Below, piece by piece: positions 9,673 to 20,771 of a stretch of DNA of 64,000 bases. The DNA lies in assembly GCA_000004985.1 (NCBI GenBank), contig GG738874.1; one strand, given 5' to 3'. This DNA is from Naegleria gruberi (taxonomy: Eukaryota). Positions within the stretch are counted from its first letter, which is position 1, and every line of letters starts with the position of its first letter. The position numbers were made by a program, and so were the translations under genes. The notes under the pieces are model-generated. The model was given only the letters and a program-made list of their open reading frames with translations. It did not search any database and was not told the origin of the DNA.

Positions 9673-12600
9673 ATGCAAAAGCAAGAGCCTTCGCCAACGA
9701 CGGCTCCAACAAACAACCACACCGGAAAGACTTATTCCAGCTCGATCGATGATTATCATGTTTTGGAATTAATTGGTGAAGGATCATTTGGAAAAGTCTT
9801 TAAGGGAAGAAGAAAATATACAAGTCAAATTGTCGCTATGAAATTTATCCCAAAGAAGGGAAAAAACGAGAAGGAGTTATACAACCTCAGACAAGAAATT
9901 AACATTTTAAAGAAGCTTAACCATGAAAATATAATTTTATTATTGGATTCGTTTGAAACTAAAGAGGAATTTTGCGTAGTGATGGAATTTGCTCAAGGAG
10001 AGTTATTTGAAATTCTTGAGGATGATGAACGTCTTCCGGAAGATGTTGTTGGCAAGATTGCTAAACAACTCGTAAGAGCTTTACACTATCTTCACTCTAA
10101 CAGAATTATCCACAGAGGTATGTAATAATATAATTGAAGATTATATCTTATCCCATCATCTCTGTACAACAATAGATATGAAACCACAAAATATTTTGAT
10201 AGGATCAGATGGTGCCATTAAATTGTGTGATTTTGGTTTTGCCAGAGTCATGTCTTGCAATACCATGGTTCTTACTTCTATCAAGGGTACACCTTTGTAT
10301 ATGGCTCCAGAATTGGTCCAAGAACAACCATACAACCACACAGCCGATCTGTGGTCACTTGGTGTTATTCTGTACGAGTTGGTTGTTGGTAAACCTCCAT
10401 TCTTTACTAACAACTTCTTTTCTCTTATTCAATTCATTGTGAAGGATCCTGTAAAATATCCACCTTATATCAGTCCTCCAATGAAGAGTTTCCTTAGAGG
10501 ATTATTGAATAAGGCACCAAAACAAAGATTGGACTGGCCAAAATTGCTTGAACATCCATTCGTTAGGGAAACAAAAGAAGAAAAGGAACAAAGAGAAAAA
10601 CTGTTATTGGATAATATTGGTAGAAAGAGACTTGAAATGTTCGAGAAAATTGTTGCCCTTAATCAAAAGCAAGATTCAAATACAAAGAAACCAAAGCAAC
10701 CATCCAAGACTCCTAGCCAAACAAGAGTGAAGAAAAAGGTTGAACCAAAGAGAGATAGTAAGTTTTTAAGATTTTTTTGGAATACTAATACTATTGATCA
10801 ACAGTACCTTTGTCTGAGATTGAAACAGCAATTGCAAAGGATGAAAATGGACCAAAGTCAGTAATGAAGAATGTGGAATATTTGGATAAATTGGCTAATC
10901 TTATTAAGGTTACTCAAACAGCTTACAAAACAAAATCAACAAAGACTGTCCAAACATCTCTTAAAATATTATCAAAAGCATTGGAAAAGTGTGAGGAAGA
11001 GGATTCTGATAACTTGGTGGATGCTGGAATTGTCAGTAGCTTATTGGTATTTTTGAAGGAATTTGCAGGAGCTAAATTTGACACCAAACCTATAGTACTC
11101 GATGCGTTAGTATCCTTACATTTTGCTCTTCCTTACGGAATTGAAGTTCTTAATTCCACTATAACTGACTACTTTTCAGTCATACCAAGTCTGATCGATT
11201 ACAGATATGACACCACACTTGCCGTTCAAATATATACAATGAAATGCTTGAAGGAATTGGGTCTGAAAGTAAGCTCGTCCCCACTTCAAACACAACCAGC
11301 TTTTGATTCTCTAAAAGATCCACTCATTTATGAATCATTGGCCTCATGTTTAGATTACAAAGTTATCAAGACTGAGAAGAAGTTTGTTACACATCTTTCC
11401 ACCACAAGTGCAAAGGCATTGGCTGAGTTAATGCACCCAACTGATGGAGATGTTTTCCAATTCCCTTGTGTCTTCCAATCAGAAAGTTCCTCATCTACAG
11501 AAAATATTGACTGCAACCAAGATATCAACATAAGAACAGCTATTGCTAAGGCTCTAGCCAAGCAAAATATAGTGAGCAGTCTGAGTGATCTTGTAAATTC
11601 ACCTGATTACAACAGTAGAATTGGAATTTTGAAGGTACTATTCCAGTCTTGTAGATTTTTGCCAGAGTTTGCTAGACAAGTAGCTCTCGATTCTCCTCTT
11701 GTTTCTTCAATAATGTCCTTAGTCAAGGATTCAACAGATATGAAGGTAATTTACGAAACTGAGCTCTCTTGTCTCTTGCTGGCAACTATCTTCAAAGAAA
11801 CACCAAAAATAATTCCTCAATTTGGTCGAGATATTGACACAGTCATTAATACCAGTGTATCTATCATCAATACTGCTCTAGATGAAAGATATAAATGCTT
11901 TGCAATTCTCCTTTTGGCCAGACTTTCTTCCAATCCAGACTCTAAGAAGAGAGTTATTAGCGAATTAATGACGCCTGTGGGAATGTCGAAATTGAACGAT
12001 GTTCTGACTAAGGATGTAAGTTAATATTTTTTTTATATTTTTCTTATTTTATTTCAGTTCTCAGTTTATCAATGGCACGAAATTAAAAGAGTGGAAGGTT
12101 CTGGATTTGGTTTCCCTGATATTGGTTTACTGGATGGTGTTGTGTACTTGTTTAATCAAGTGTCTGACATTTGGGCTTCATCATTCAATAATTTGCTTTC
12201 CAAGACTGGTGTTTGGAGATCTCTGACTGAAAGATTGAAATCAAGCGATATTGAAATGTCTCCAGATGCTGCCTTGGCAAGTATTAAATTAATGTATGAT
12301 ATTGCCTCGGCTAATCCTGACACCATTCCAACCCTTGTGGGTGATATGAGTATTGTTAGAACTGTTATTCAATGTTTGAAAAAGAATATTGTGACTGCAT
12401 TTTCACACTGGCCTGCTTCAAGAAGTGGTGGTTCATCCTTTGTAAACATCTTTATCAACTCCTCAGTGAGCCTTCTTCACTTGTTATATAATCAAGCCAC
12501 TCTTCAAGAAAAGGAAAATGAAAAATTGTTAGCTGAACTAATTAAGGTAACACACAAGGAAGAATTAGTCAAGTATTGTATTGGAAATTTGGAATTTACT

Positions 12601-13428
12601 ACAATGGAAAACTTTGGCTCATCCCTTAACTTCCTAGCTAGTATGGTTATTACATCACCTTTTTTCACCAAACAATTCATCAAGTTTGGTGGTCTTCAAC
12701 CAGAGTTTTTACAACAAATACTTAACACTTCGAATCCATCAACAGTTCTTATGGATGGACTTTCCATTCTCAGTCAAATTGCTAGAACCAGCAAGGATTA
12801 TTACAAGCAAATTCATCAAGCCAATATCTACACAAACATCAAAGATCTTCTTAAGCATAAGGAGAATGATGTCAGAGCGAAGGTTTGCAATTTGATAGGT
12901 AATATGTGCCGTCACTCTGCGTTCTTCTATGAAGCTTTGAATCAATATGGACTTATTCCAGATCTGATTCAAAGATGCAGAGATAATGATGCAAACACAA
13001 GAAAGTTTGCCTGCTTTGCTATTGGTAATGCTTGTTTCCACAATAATAACTTGTACAAAACCCTCACTCCTTCCATTCCTCCACTAATTGATTTACTGTC
13101 TGAGAATTCAGATGAAAAAACAAGAGCAAACGCTGCTGGTGCTCTGGGTAATCTGGTAAGAAATTCAAACGAGCTTGTAAAAGACTTGTTGAAGAATGGA
13201 GCCATAGAAGCCCTTGTTAAAACATTAAGCGATGATAATTCGAGTGCCAAGAAGATTGCTCTATTTTCTCTTGGCAACTTTTGTCAATATGAAGAGTGTT
13301 GTATTGTATTGAAACAGCTTAACTTTGAAAAGACCATTACAGAAATCATGGCTAAGAGCCAAGAAGATACTGGTGTTCAAAAATATTGTGCCAGAATCCA
13401 AACTAATCTCTCCAAAATAACTATTTAA
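9673..13428 (+). CDS. tsuA: Fused-family serine/threonine kinase (STK36 / tsunami orthologue), 4 exons: join(9673..10117,10176..10757,10805..12015,12058..13428)
   Basis: The kinase domain aligns with STK36/Fused over its full length ([56 protein letters not shown]); introns GTATGT..AG (58 nt), GTAAGT..CAG (47 nt) and GTAAGT..TTCAG (42 nt) keep one frame of 1203 codons; the C-terminal half is armadillo/HEAT-like, as in Fused. Confidence 0.8.
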
Positions 13429-13512
13429 CGTGTTAATAAATAATCTTTACTCTTAGATATCTTTTACATTATTATACAAATAATAATTTTACATAGCTCT
13501 GTAACAACAAAA

Positions 13513-14837
13513 TTATTCTTCAATCTTGGCAACACGTGCAGTACCACGTCCAGCTCTCTTTGGCTTGGAGAATTTCAAAGAAGAGTCAGACTTTGGAGGG
13601 TGAATATACTTGACGAGGAATTCGTGAGTCAAATCTTCAACATCTGAAATTTCCAAACTAGCTTCAAGCTTCAAAACACCAGATGAGGTAGCAGTTTGAA
13701 CTACGTGACCCTTACTGGCACTGGCTAACATTCTTTGTTTGACCTTGGATTTAGTTGGGCAACTATAGATGAAAACAGTCTTTCCTGAATTTCCTTGATT
13801 TTCTTCATGTTCATATTGGAAGTGGAAGAAAATGTAACGTGGTTCAGAATCAGAAATATTTTCCTTCAATTCTTCAACACTAATAGCATTGTTTCCAGTA
13901 CGTTCGTTTGAAAGAACAATAATTTCCTTTTCAGTGTCAATCTTCAAAACAACCATCAATGATGTACCCTTTTCTAAATTAGAAAGAGCTCTCTTGGCAG
14001 ATTCTTCAAATGGGAAAGAAACACCACGTGAAGCTCCACCGCTACTACCGCTATCAGAAGATGATGATGATGTAGGTTGAGTGGTTGGAGACTTTGACTC
14101 GGCATCCTTTTCAATTTGGTCAAAAGCTTCCTTTTCTTCCATCAATTTTTGTCTTTCTTGTTCAGTGTATAATTCAATGTCATGAATGTGACGTTGTGAT
14201 TTGTGAACAAAGGAAAAGTTTTGATATTTCAAATCATCAACACAAACTGTGTGATAATCTCCAGCCCAAATATTAGCACCATAAAGTGAGTTGGAAAAAC
14301 CAATTTGTGCCTTTAATCCAGCCATAGATGAAGAGTACAACATCTTTTCACGAACCTTTGCTCTCTCTGGAACATACCAAATCAACAACCATTCATAATT
14401 TTGATTTTGATCTGAAACTGTTGTATCTAAACGGAAGAAGAAGTAACAAGGAGCCAAAGGTTTCTTTGCAACACTTTCAGACATGGCATTATAATCAGAG
14501 GAAATATCAGAGAGTGGATGGGTTTCAACAAGATCCATGATTGGAGGTTCATGATCCAAGAGAATACGTACTTTAATCCATCTGATTTTATCCTGTTCGG
14601 TAAAGGCAACACTTGATGAAGATGATGAAAGAACAGAATCAGAGGCTGATTTAGCACGTAAGAAGGCAGATAAAGCTTCGTTTGTAAGTTCAATTCCTAT
14701 TATTATAAATAATTATTCATTCAACAAAGATGATTAAATCATCACATTTTCATCATCAAATGACGGCAAGAGTTTAGAGTTTCAAAAGAAAGATTTTTTA
14801 AAAACTGAAAAAATTTCCACCTACCTGTCTTGGCCAT
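13513..14837 (-). CDS. twfA: twinfilin (two ADF-H domains), complement(join(13513..14696,14825..14837))
   Basis: Two ADF-H/cofilin-like domains aligning with twinfilin (PCYFFFRLD..YEWLLIWYVPERAKVREKMLYSSS; second domain ..MLASASK..); a 13-nt first exon ATGGCCAAGACAG (aaaaaaATG context) is spliced GTAGGT..AATAG (128-nt intron) to give MAKTGIELTNEALSAFLRAK, matching the twinfilin N-terminus. Confidence 0.8.
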
Positions 14838-14990
14838 TTTTTTGTTAGAAAAAATCACATTTCGCTCAGCCGAACGTTGTGAAATCGTCATCAACTTGAC
14901 TTTCAATTTATTGTTGGACAGGTTGTTGGGTAAAGCTTTCAACAGAGCTCATAACATTAAGGCGATTAGAGTTTAAGTTTTCTTTAGCTA

Positions 14991-15325
14991 GTGGACTTTC
15001 GTGATGTTTCTCCTTCAATAAATAGGGTTGAGAAAGTCCTTTTCCTTTCACTTCAACCATTCTCTCTTCAAACTCAAATAAATCATAAACTCTGTAGGTA
15101 GATCTGGAAATTTGAATTCTTCCTGGATGACTTGCTTGAATGTAAACCACTCACACAGAAATAAGCATCTCCAATGGTCTTTATCTTGTCAACCAAGTGA
15201 ATTTCAGTCAACTTGTTAAATCCTTGAACAATTAAATTCAATATTTGAATTCAAAATTTGGACCAGTTCACTTGGTAATGTTGAACTCCGAGCTGTAAAT
15301 CCAACCATATCACTGAAAATACATT
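14991..15325 (-). pseudogene. truncated, internally deleted duplicate of the 3' end of the PAS/cyclase gene (paralogous to 59271..59810)
   Basis: 14991-15132 matches 59271-59412 and 15135-15325 matches 59627-59815 at about 90% identity, with roughly 215 bp deleted between them; the 80-aa ORF 14908..15150 reproduces the cyclase C-terminus (PGRIQISRSTYRVYDLFEFEERMVEVKGKGLSQ.YLLKEKHHE). Confidence 0.7.
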
Positions 15326-15358
15326 GTTTTTTAACCTTTCCTGTTTCATCCTTAAAAA

Positions 15359-15889
15359 TCACCTCCTCACAACTGCTCCACTTCTACATTGATATAATTT
15401 CAAAGATTGTACTATTTTTCCAAAATGTGAAAGAAATCTCTTTCTGATTTTTGCATCATGTTCCATTATTGCATAATTATCACCACCAGATGAAATATCA
15501 TAAATTCTCCTCTTCAAATAAGGTCCAATAATTTCGAATAATACAACCAAACTCTTTCTTGGATAGAAAATCATCAAGGTTTGATTCGGAGTGTGCACAA
15601 CCTTTGTAATTGGATCCACAAATTCCTTTCCTCTATTAAAGTACTTCCGCCTGTGACTTGCAATGTTTGACCTCTTGGTATTGAAATATCGGGATTGATT
15701 ATTGTCATCAATTTGTAAACTGGCAATATAATTGAACATGAGTTTTTGTTGAATAGTTTGATGACCACAACATGTTGCTATCAGACAAGGATCCTCTTTG
15801 AAAAGAGATGAGAAGTATGTCCACGGTAGATATTCAAAAATATGACCAATAATTTCCGAAGGGAGCACCTGATTCATTGTTGTGACCAT
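15359..15889 (-). CDS. F-box-like hypothetical protein
   Basis: 176-aa ORF; the N-terminus LPSEIIGHIFEYLP resembles an F-box; no other domain found. Confidence 0.4.
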   Translation of the reverse strand: MVTTMNQVLPSEIIGHIFEYLPWTYFSSLFKEDPCLIATCCGHQTIQQKLMFNYIASLQIDDNNQSRYFNTKRSNIASHRRKYFNRGKEFVDPITKVVHTPNQTLMIFYPRKSLVVLFEIIGPYLKRRIYDISSGGDNYAIMEHDAKIRKRFLSHFGKIVQSLKLYQCRSGAVVRR

Positions 15890-16260
15890 TTTTTTTTGAT
15901 GCCTTTACAATATCTTTGGACTTGATCAAATTATTTGGAAATAATAATCCTTTTCATCAACCCTTTCCCAAGATAAAAAAATATGCCAAACGCATCAGTC
16001 TTGATTTTTGTAATTTGGGATACGGATATTGAAATATTTTACGTAAATGTTTAAGTATTTTGTATATTCTAGCTTGATTTGGAACTAAGAAACAGCAATA
16101 AGGTGATTGTCAACCATGGGATGATCCAAATTGTTCAACAGAAGCAATTTGAAGAACCCATTTAGAATTAAGCCTAATGAAACGATAGCCTATAATACTC
16201 ATAAAGGTACTCCTGATTCTAATATAAAAATTAATTTATTATTTTTACTTTTCATGACAA

Positions 16261-16332
16261 CGGCCGTATAGCTCAGTGGTAGAGCTTCTCTCTCGTAAGG
16301 AGAAGGTCGTGGGTTCAAACCCCATTGCGGCC
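16261..16332 (+). tRNA. tRNA-Thr (anticodon CGT)
   Basis: 72-nt cloverleaf: acceptor GGCCGTA/TGCGGCC, D-arm AGCTCAGTGGTAGAGC, anticodon stem-loop TCTCT-CTCGTAA-GGAGA, T-arm GTGGGTTCAAACCCCAT. Confidence 0.85.
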
Positions 16333-16340
16333 AAATTTGA

Positions 16341-16511
16341 ATTTTAATCTTTTGCTATTCCTCGCTTTGTTTTTTGATATTTTTACTTTATTTTTTCAAA
16401 TTCTCACATTTACAAGTTTATCTACATGTGGTTCAATTTTCCAATCTTTAATTCAAGAAATGATTGAGAATGAGCTGTTCTAAAGTGGGTACATGATTTT
16501 TCGCTTGAATT
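16341..16511 (+). repeat. repeat R1 (bipartite: 16341-16358 and 16437-16511), direct copy of R2; begins 9 bp after the tRNA-Thr 3' end
   Basis: ttttaatcttttgctatt plus the 75-bp core ttttccaatctttaattcaagaaatgattgagaa..tacatgatttttcgcttgaattt are both repeated at 18384-18495; R1 has an extra 78-bp insert between the two parts. Confidence 0.6.
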
Positions 16512-16923
16512 TCAGGTTAAAAATGAGAAACTACCACAATGCATACATTACAAAAAATGCACAAAACATCAACTGCACATCACACAATTGTGAATGTGTC
16601 GTCTTTGCAGAGTGGTTCTTCAGCCACTATTAGAGGATCTGCAACAACATCATCACCCAACACAATAACAATGTTGCAAACTACGAGTTGACATCTTCAA
16701 TAATATCATTTTTTATGATTGGAAATATCACTAATATCCTGGAAATGAAGTAATTTTATTGTTCAACCAGGTTAATTGGAAAACTAGTAGTACGTGGACA
16801 AGTCACTCGAGTTGCGTAGCCTTAATTTTTTCAAATCCAACAAATCAAAAAAATGGCAGTACCAGAGGGAAAACTCTACCACAATTTTACAACTACTTTG
16901 TCCCAAATCATCATCACAATTTA

Positions 16924-18372
16924 TTATTTTTCCATAGACAATACTCTTTGAAAACTCAACAAGTTCACCATTCTCTCCTTCATTCCTAAATCAATAACTT
17001 CCGATCTTGCATGCTTTTCCATGTGCTCAAAATAATGGCACCCATCGCAAAGCAATTCAAATTCCTTCAATTTTTCTACTTGTTCCTCTTCGGTCATTCC
17101 AAGAATTAACTTGTACTCATTAACATTATTGGCTATTTCCCTCTCTTCCTCATCGATATCTTCTGTTGCTTGAGCTCTCTTCTTCACACCATCCCTATTC
17201 TTGTGATGCACATGGAATATCTTTCCCAATTCTGAATTAGATTCAAAAGACAAGCCACATTCCTGACATTTTCCTCCCATCAGAGTGATCATCTTTTCAT
17301 GACAATATTGCCAATTAGAACCACCTTCAACATTCCTTGCATGTTCCAAACCATGACAAGGTCTGCACAATACTTCCAACTTTTCATTCTTCTTGAACCA
17401 ATCAGCTCCAAGCTTTCTGAATTCGGGAATGAATTTTGTTGTACTCTTAAATGTCTTTGTAAAGTCATCATCTTTATACATGACATGATGAAGAGTGAAT
17501 GCATTAACCTCATGTAAATGTTCCATTTCAATACGACATCTATTGCACTTGATTGACAAATCATCCCTCTCCAACACTTCTCTTAAAAAAGTATGAATGG
17601 CAGCTTGCTTTTTTCTGGAAATGTAAACAGCACATCTGGGACATGTTTCATCATCCTTCAATTTAACAGAACCAAAACAAAAATGGCAGTTGACACCTTC
17701 AGCTCTAATCTTGTTAATCCTGTCACTCATTTGAAGTATAGTCTTTTTGGAACATTCCTTGCACTTGTCCCTATTTGTCTTCGAAACAAGTTGGCCGCAT
17801 CCACACAACCCTTGGTCTCTACGAGTGCATTTTCGTGCTCTTTCCAACTCGTTAGCTCTCTCACGTTGCTCATTGGATTGAGCAATGTGATTACTTAACT
17901 TCTTAACAAAATCTCTAAAGCCATTAGAGTATTGAAAAGTTCCATCATGAATAGCATTTTTGAATTTCTACCAAGTTTCTATTCTCTTTTCATTATTCTT
18001 GAATTTATCTGGGAAATGATCATACAATTCTTGGACATATGCAAGATAAGCCCTTGCCAATTTCGAACCATATTCATGAGAAATATTGGATGAAGGTCTT
18101 GGAGGACACTTGTTGAGTTTAACATTATCCAATATGGGAAGGAATTCTTCCAAGATTGAATTGTTGGGTTGATTTCTCTTCTTGGTTGGTGGAGTTGATT
18201 CAATGGTAGAATCCCTTCTCTTCTTACTATCATTACTTGATGAAGGCTTGTTGGAATTATTTGAAGATTGACCAGAGTTGCTAATAATAATACATGATGA
18301 TTGACTAGTTGATGATGATGAAGCCTTTCTGGTAGACTTTGGTTGAATTGATAACGTGGTTGATGATAACAC
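16924..18372 (-). CDS. Cys-rich protein with two tandem HNH-nuclease (ββα-Me) motifs; single ORF interrupted by one in-frame TAG (17968-17970), so a pseudogene or read-through
   Basis: ORFs 17968..18372 and 16924..17847 share one frame, separated only by TGG-TAG-AAA; the N-terminus is S/N-rich; a zinc ribbon follows (CTRRDQGLCGCG..CKEC); two HNH cores are present (C-x2-C..LHHV..N..LCRPCHGLEH and CQEC..HVHHKNRDG..LLCDGCHYFEH); the ATG lies 12 bp from repeat R2. Confidence 0.55.
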
Positions 18373-18383
18373 TTGATTTCCTT

Positions 18384-18495
18384 TTTAATCTTTTGCTATT
18401 TTCTCCACCATTTCGCTAATTTTCCAATCTTTAATTCAAGAAATGATTGAGAACTAGCTGTTCTAATCTTGGTACATGATTTTTCGCTTGAATTT
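18384..18495 (+). repeat. repeat R2 (18384-18400 plus 18420-18495), direct copy of R1; forms the 5' flank of the HNH gene
   Basis: See R1; about 90% identity over the 75-bp core. Confidence 0.6.
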
Positions 18496-18899
18496 TTGCC
18501 TTGAAAAACATCAGATTTTCATAATGTTGTAAATTTACCAATGCCTTGAAAAACATGTTTTCAGTCGTAATTGAGTAAACAATCAGGAGTTTGGCTAATT
18601 TTAAAAATGCATGTTGTTATTGTATTGTTATCACCATCAAGTTCTTTCACAATCTCCATTTTTGAGTGACAACACATTCATTTTGATAAGGATGTACGAT
18701 TTGTTCACATTTCACACAAACAAACCTTCTATTTATGACCAATTTGAAGAAGAAACTCTTTTCAACAAAAATTTTCACGTTAATGAATCTGATTATCAAT
18801 ACATTCATTGTATTTTTGAATTTCACTTGATTGAAATTTTTCAAGGCTTTGAAATTTCAATGGATAGTACGTTTCATAGTTCAGTAAAGATGAACAGCA

Positions 18900-19155
18900 C
18901 ATGTGTCGGCTGTACTGTCAAGGCTTGGGATGAGAGTATACTAATATCTGGAATCATCTTCTTCATCTTGTCACTCATTGGGATTGTATTCTTTTTGGAA
19001 CATTCTTTGCACTTGTCCCTATTTGTCTTCGAAACAGGTTGGCCGCATCCACACAACCCTTGTTCTCTACGAGTGCATTTTCTTGCTCTTTCCAATTCAT
19101 TAGCCCTCTCACGTTGCTCATTGGATTGAGCAATGTGATTACTCAAGTTCTTCAC
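18900..19155 (-). pseudogene. decayed partial second copy of the HNH-protein gene (corresponds to about 17690-17900 of copy 1)
   Basis: 18985-19155 is about 95% identical to 17743-17900; it encodes ..LSNHIAQSNEQRERANELERARKCTRREQGLCGCGQPVSKTNRDKCKECSKK and then diverges with indels; it is truncated at both ends. Confidence 0.55.
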
Positions 19156-19325
19156 AAATTGATTTTAATAAACTAGTTCCCAATTTTATTCCAAACGTTT
19201 TTCTTGTCCATTAAGTTTCTTACTTCACTCTTTTTCAATCAATATGGAATTATTTACAAAATTCTTCAAAAGAGCAAACAAATCAGTCACCTTTCTTTAA
19301 ATACCTTTCAAAAACATTAAAAAAA

Positions 19326-20617
19326 ATGGAAGTAATCAAATGTGTCGTTCTCGGTGATGGTGCTGTTGGCAAGTCCAATCTCCTCATTTCCTACACTTGT
19401 GAAGGTATCTTTCCAGAAGATTACGTTCCCACCGTAATGGACAATTATTGCAAGACCGTACAAGTCTTCCTCCCAGAAGAAAAACCGCACACTCACCACC
19501 ATCACAACGATACATCGAGCGTGAACAGTTTGAACTCGTCGTCATCGGTTGGCGCCAACCATCAACAACAACAACAACATACAACCAACAATAATATTAA
19601 TAATACTAATAATAATAATAATAGTAATAATAATAGTGGTGGTAGTAGTAGTAATGAACAGAGTAATTCACCAGCTTTGAATCAGTCAGCCTCATCCACT
19701 TCGGAAAAAAAGTTGACCATTGTATCATCACATGCTTTGAATAATTCAAACATTTCAACTGGAGGAGGAGAAGAAAATCAAGTTTTAGAAACAGAGGAAG
19801 ATCATACCTTGCTAACACCAACTTATATTTCTCTACAATTGTGTGATACATCGGGTCAAGAAGGTTTGTTTTTATTGAATTTCATTGAACTTATTCCAAT
19901 ATTTTTTATTGTTTAAACCTTTCGAATAATTTCATTCACTTTCGAATAATAGAATATGATCGATTACGTTCTGATCTATCTGATTATGCTTCTGCTGATG
20001 TATTTTTGTTTTGTTTTTCATTGGATAATCCTCAGTCATTGGAAAATCTTCATTCCAAGTGGTATGATGAAGTGGTCAATTATTTCCAAACTCACAAACA
20101 CCAAGGAGGAGGTGTCTTATCACTTTTTGGAGCTATATATTCATACTTTGGTTTTGGAGGTGTGACTTCTAGTACCAACACTGATGAAACCAGCAAGGAA
20201 GGTCACAACATTACAGACAACTTGCCACCAATCATTTTGGTTGGTACCAAATTGGATAAATTAAAAACAACAACTGTGGAAATAACCGAATCAGCAACAG
20301 GTCAAATATTGGAAAAACCAATTTCTACCGATACAAGAAGGAGAAATAATTCCATCTATCACATGTTTGGAAATGTGACCAAGATAAATGAAGCTCCACA
20401 ATTATTGAAAATTAGAGAACAAGCTCTCCAAGTCAAGAAGGATATGAAGGCAGTTGCCTATGTGGAGGTTAGTTCAAAAACAATGGAAAATATCAATGAA
20501 ATGTTCGAGGATATTGTCGTTCCAGTTGTTTTGAAGAGAAGAAAAGAAATGGAAAAGAAGAGAAAGGGTACTATATCACCAGGTTCTACAACTGCATCTT
20601 CATCATCCAATCAGTAG
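19326..20617 (+). CDS. Rho/Rac-family small GTPase, atypical, with an N/Q/H-rich insert and no CAAX; join(19326..19863,19953..20617)
   Basis: G1 motif [11 protein letters not shown]; switch YVPTVMDNY; DTSGQE|[10 protein letters not shown] spans an 89-nt GT..AG intron; Rho motifs LVGTKLD and EVSSKT follow; about 110 aa of low complexity are inserted between β2 and β3; the C-terminus ..SSSSNQ lacks a prenylation motif. Confidence 0.7.
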
Positions 20618-20771
20618 TTATTTTTCCCATCTAGAAATCCTATATACTTGAACCTGTAAAGATCTTGTACTCTCTAATTGAAAGGGTTGGAGAAGAAACA
20701 TTCTCTTCAGAGAGAAGATAACATTGTAAATAGTAAAATAATATTAATAATTTCAAATTTTAATTAAAAAA

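Noticed and set aside
16335-18500. Interpreting R1/R2 as LTRs of an LTR retrotransposon
   Set aside because: The internal region encodes only the HNH/zinc-finger protein (no gag, protease, RT, RNase H or integrase). The repeats are about 100 bp, bipartite, and lack TG..CA termini, PBS or PPT. This is a duplicated unit rather than a recognisable LTR element.
18611-19129. 172-aa plus-strand ORF between R2 and HNH copy 2
   Set aside because: No ATG (the track start is an alternative codon) and hydrophobic low-complexity translation. It overlaps the antisense of the decayed HNH copy and is more likely non-coding spacer.
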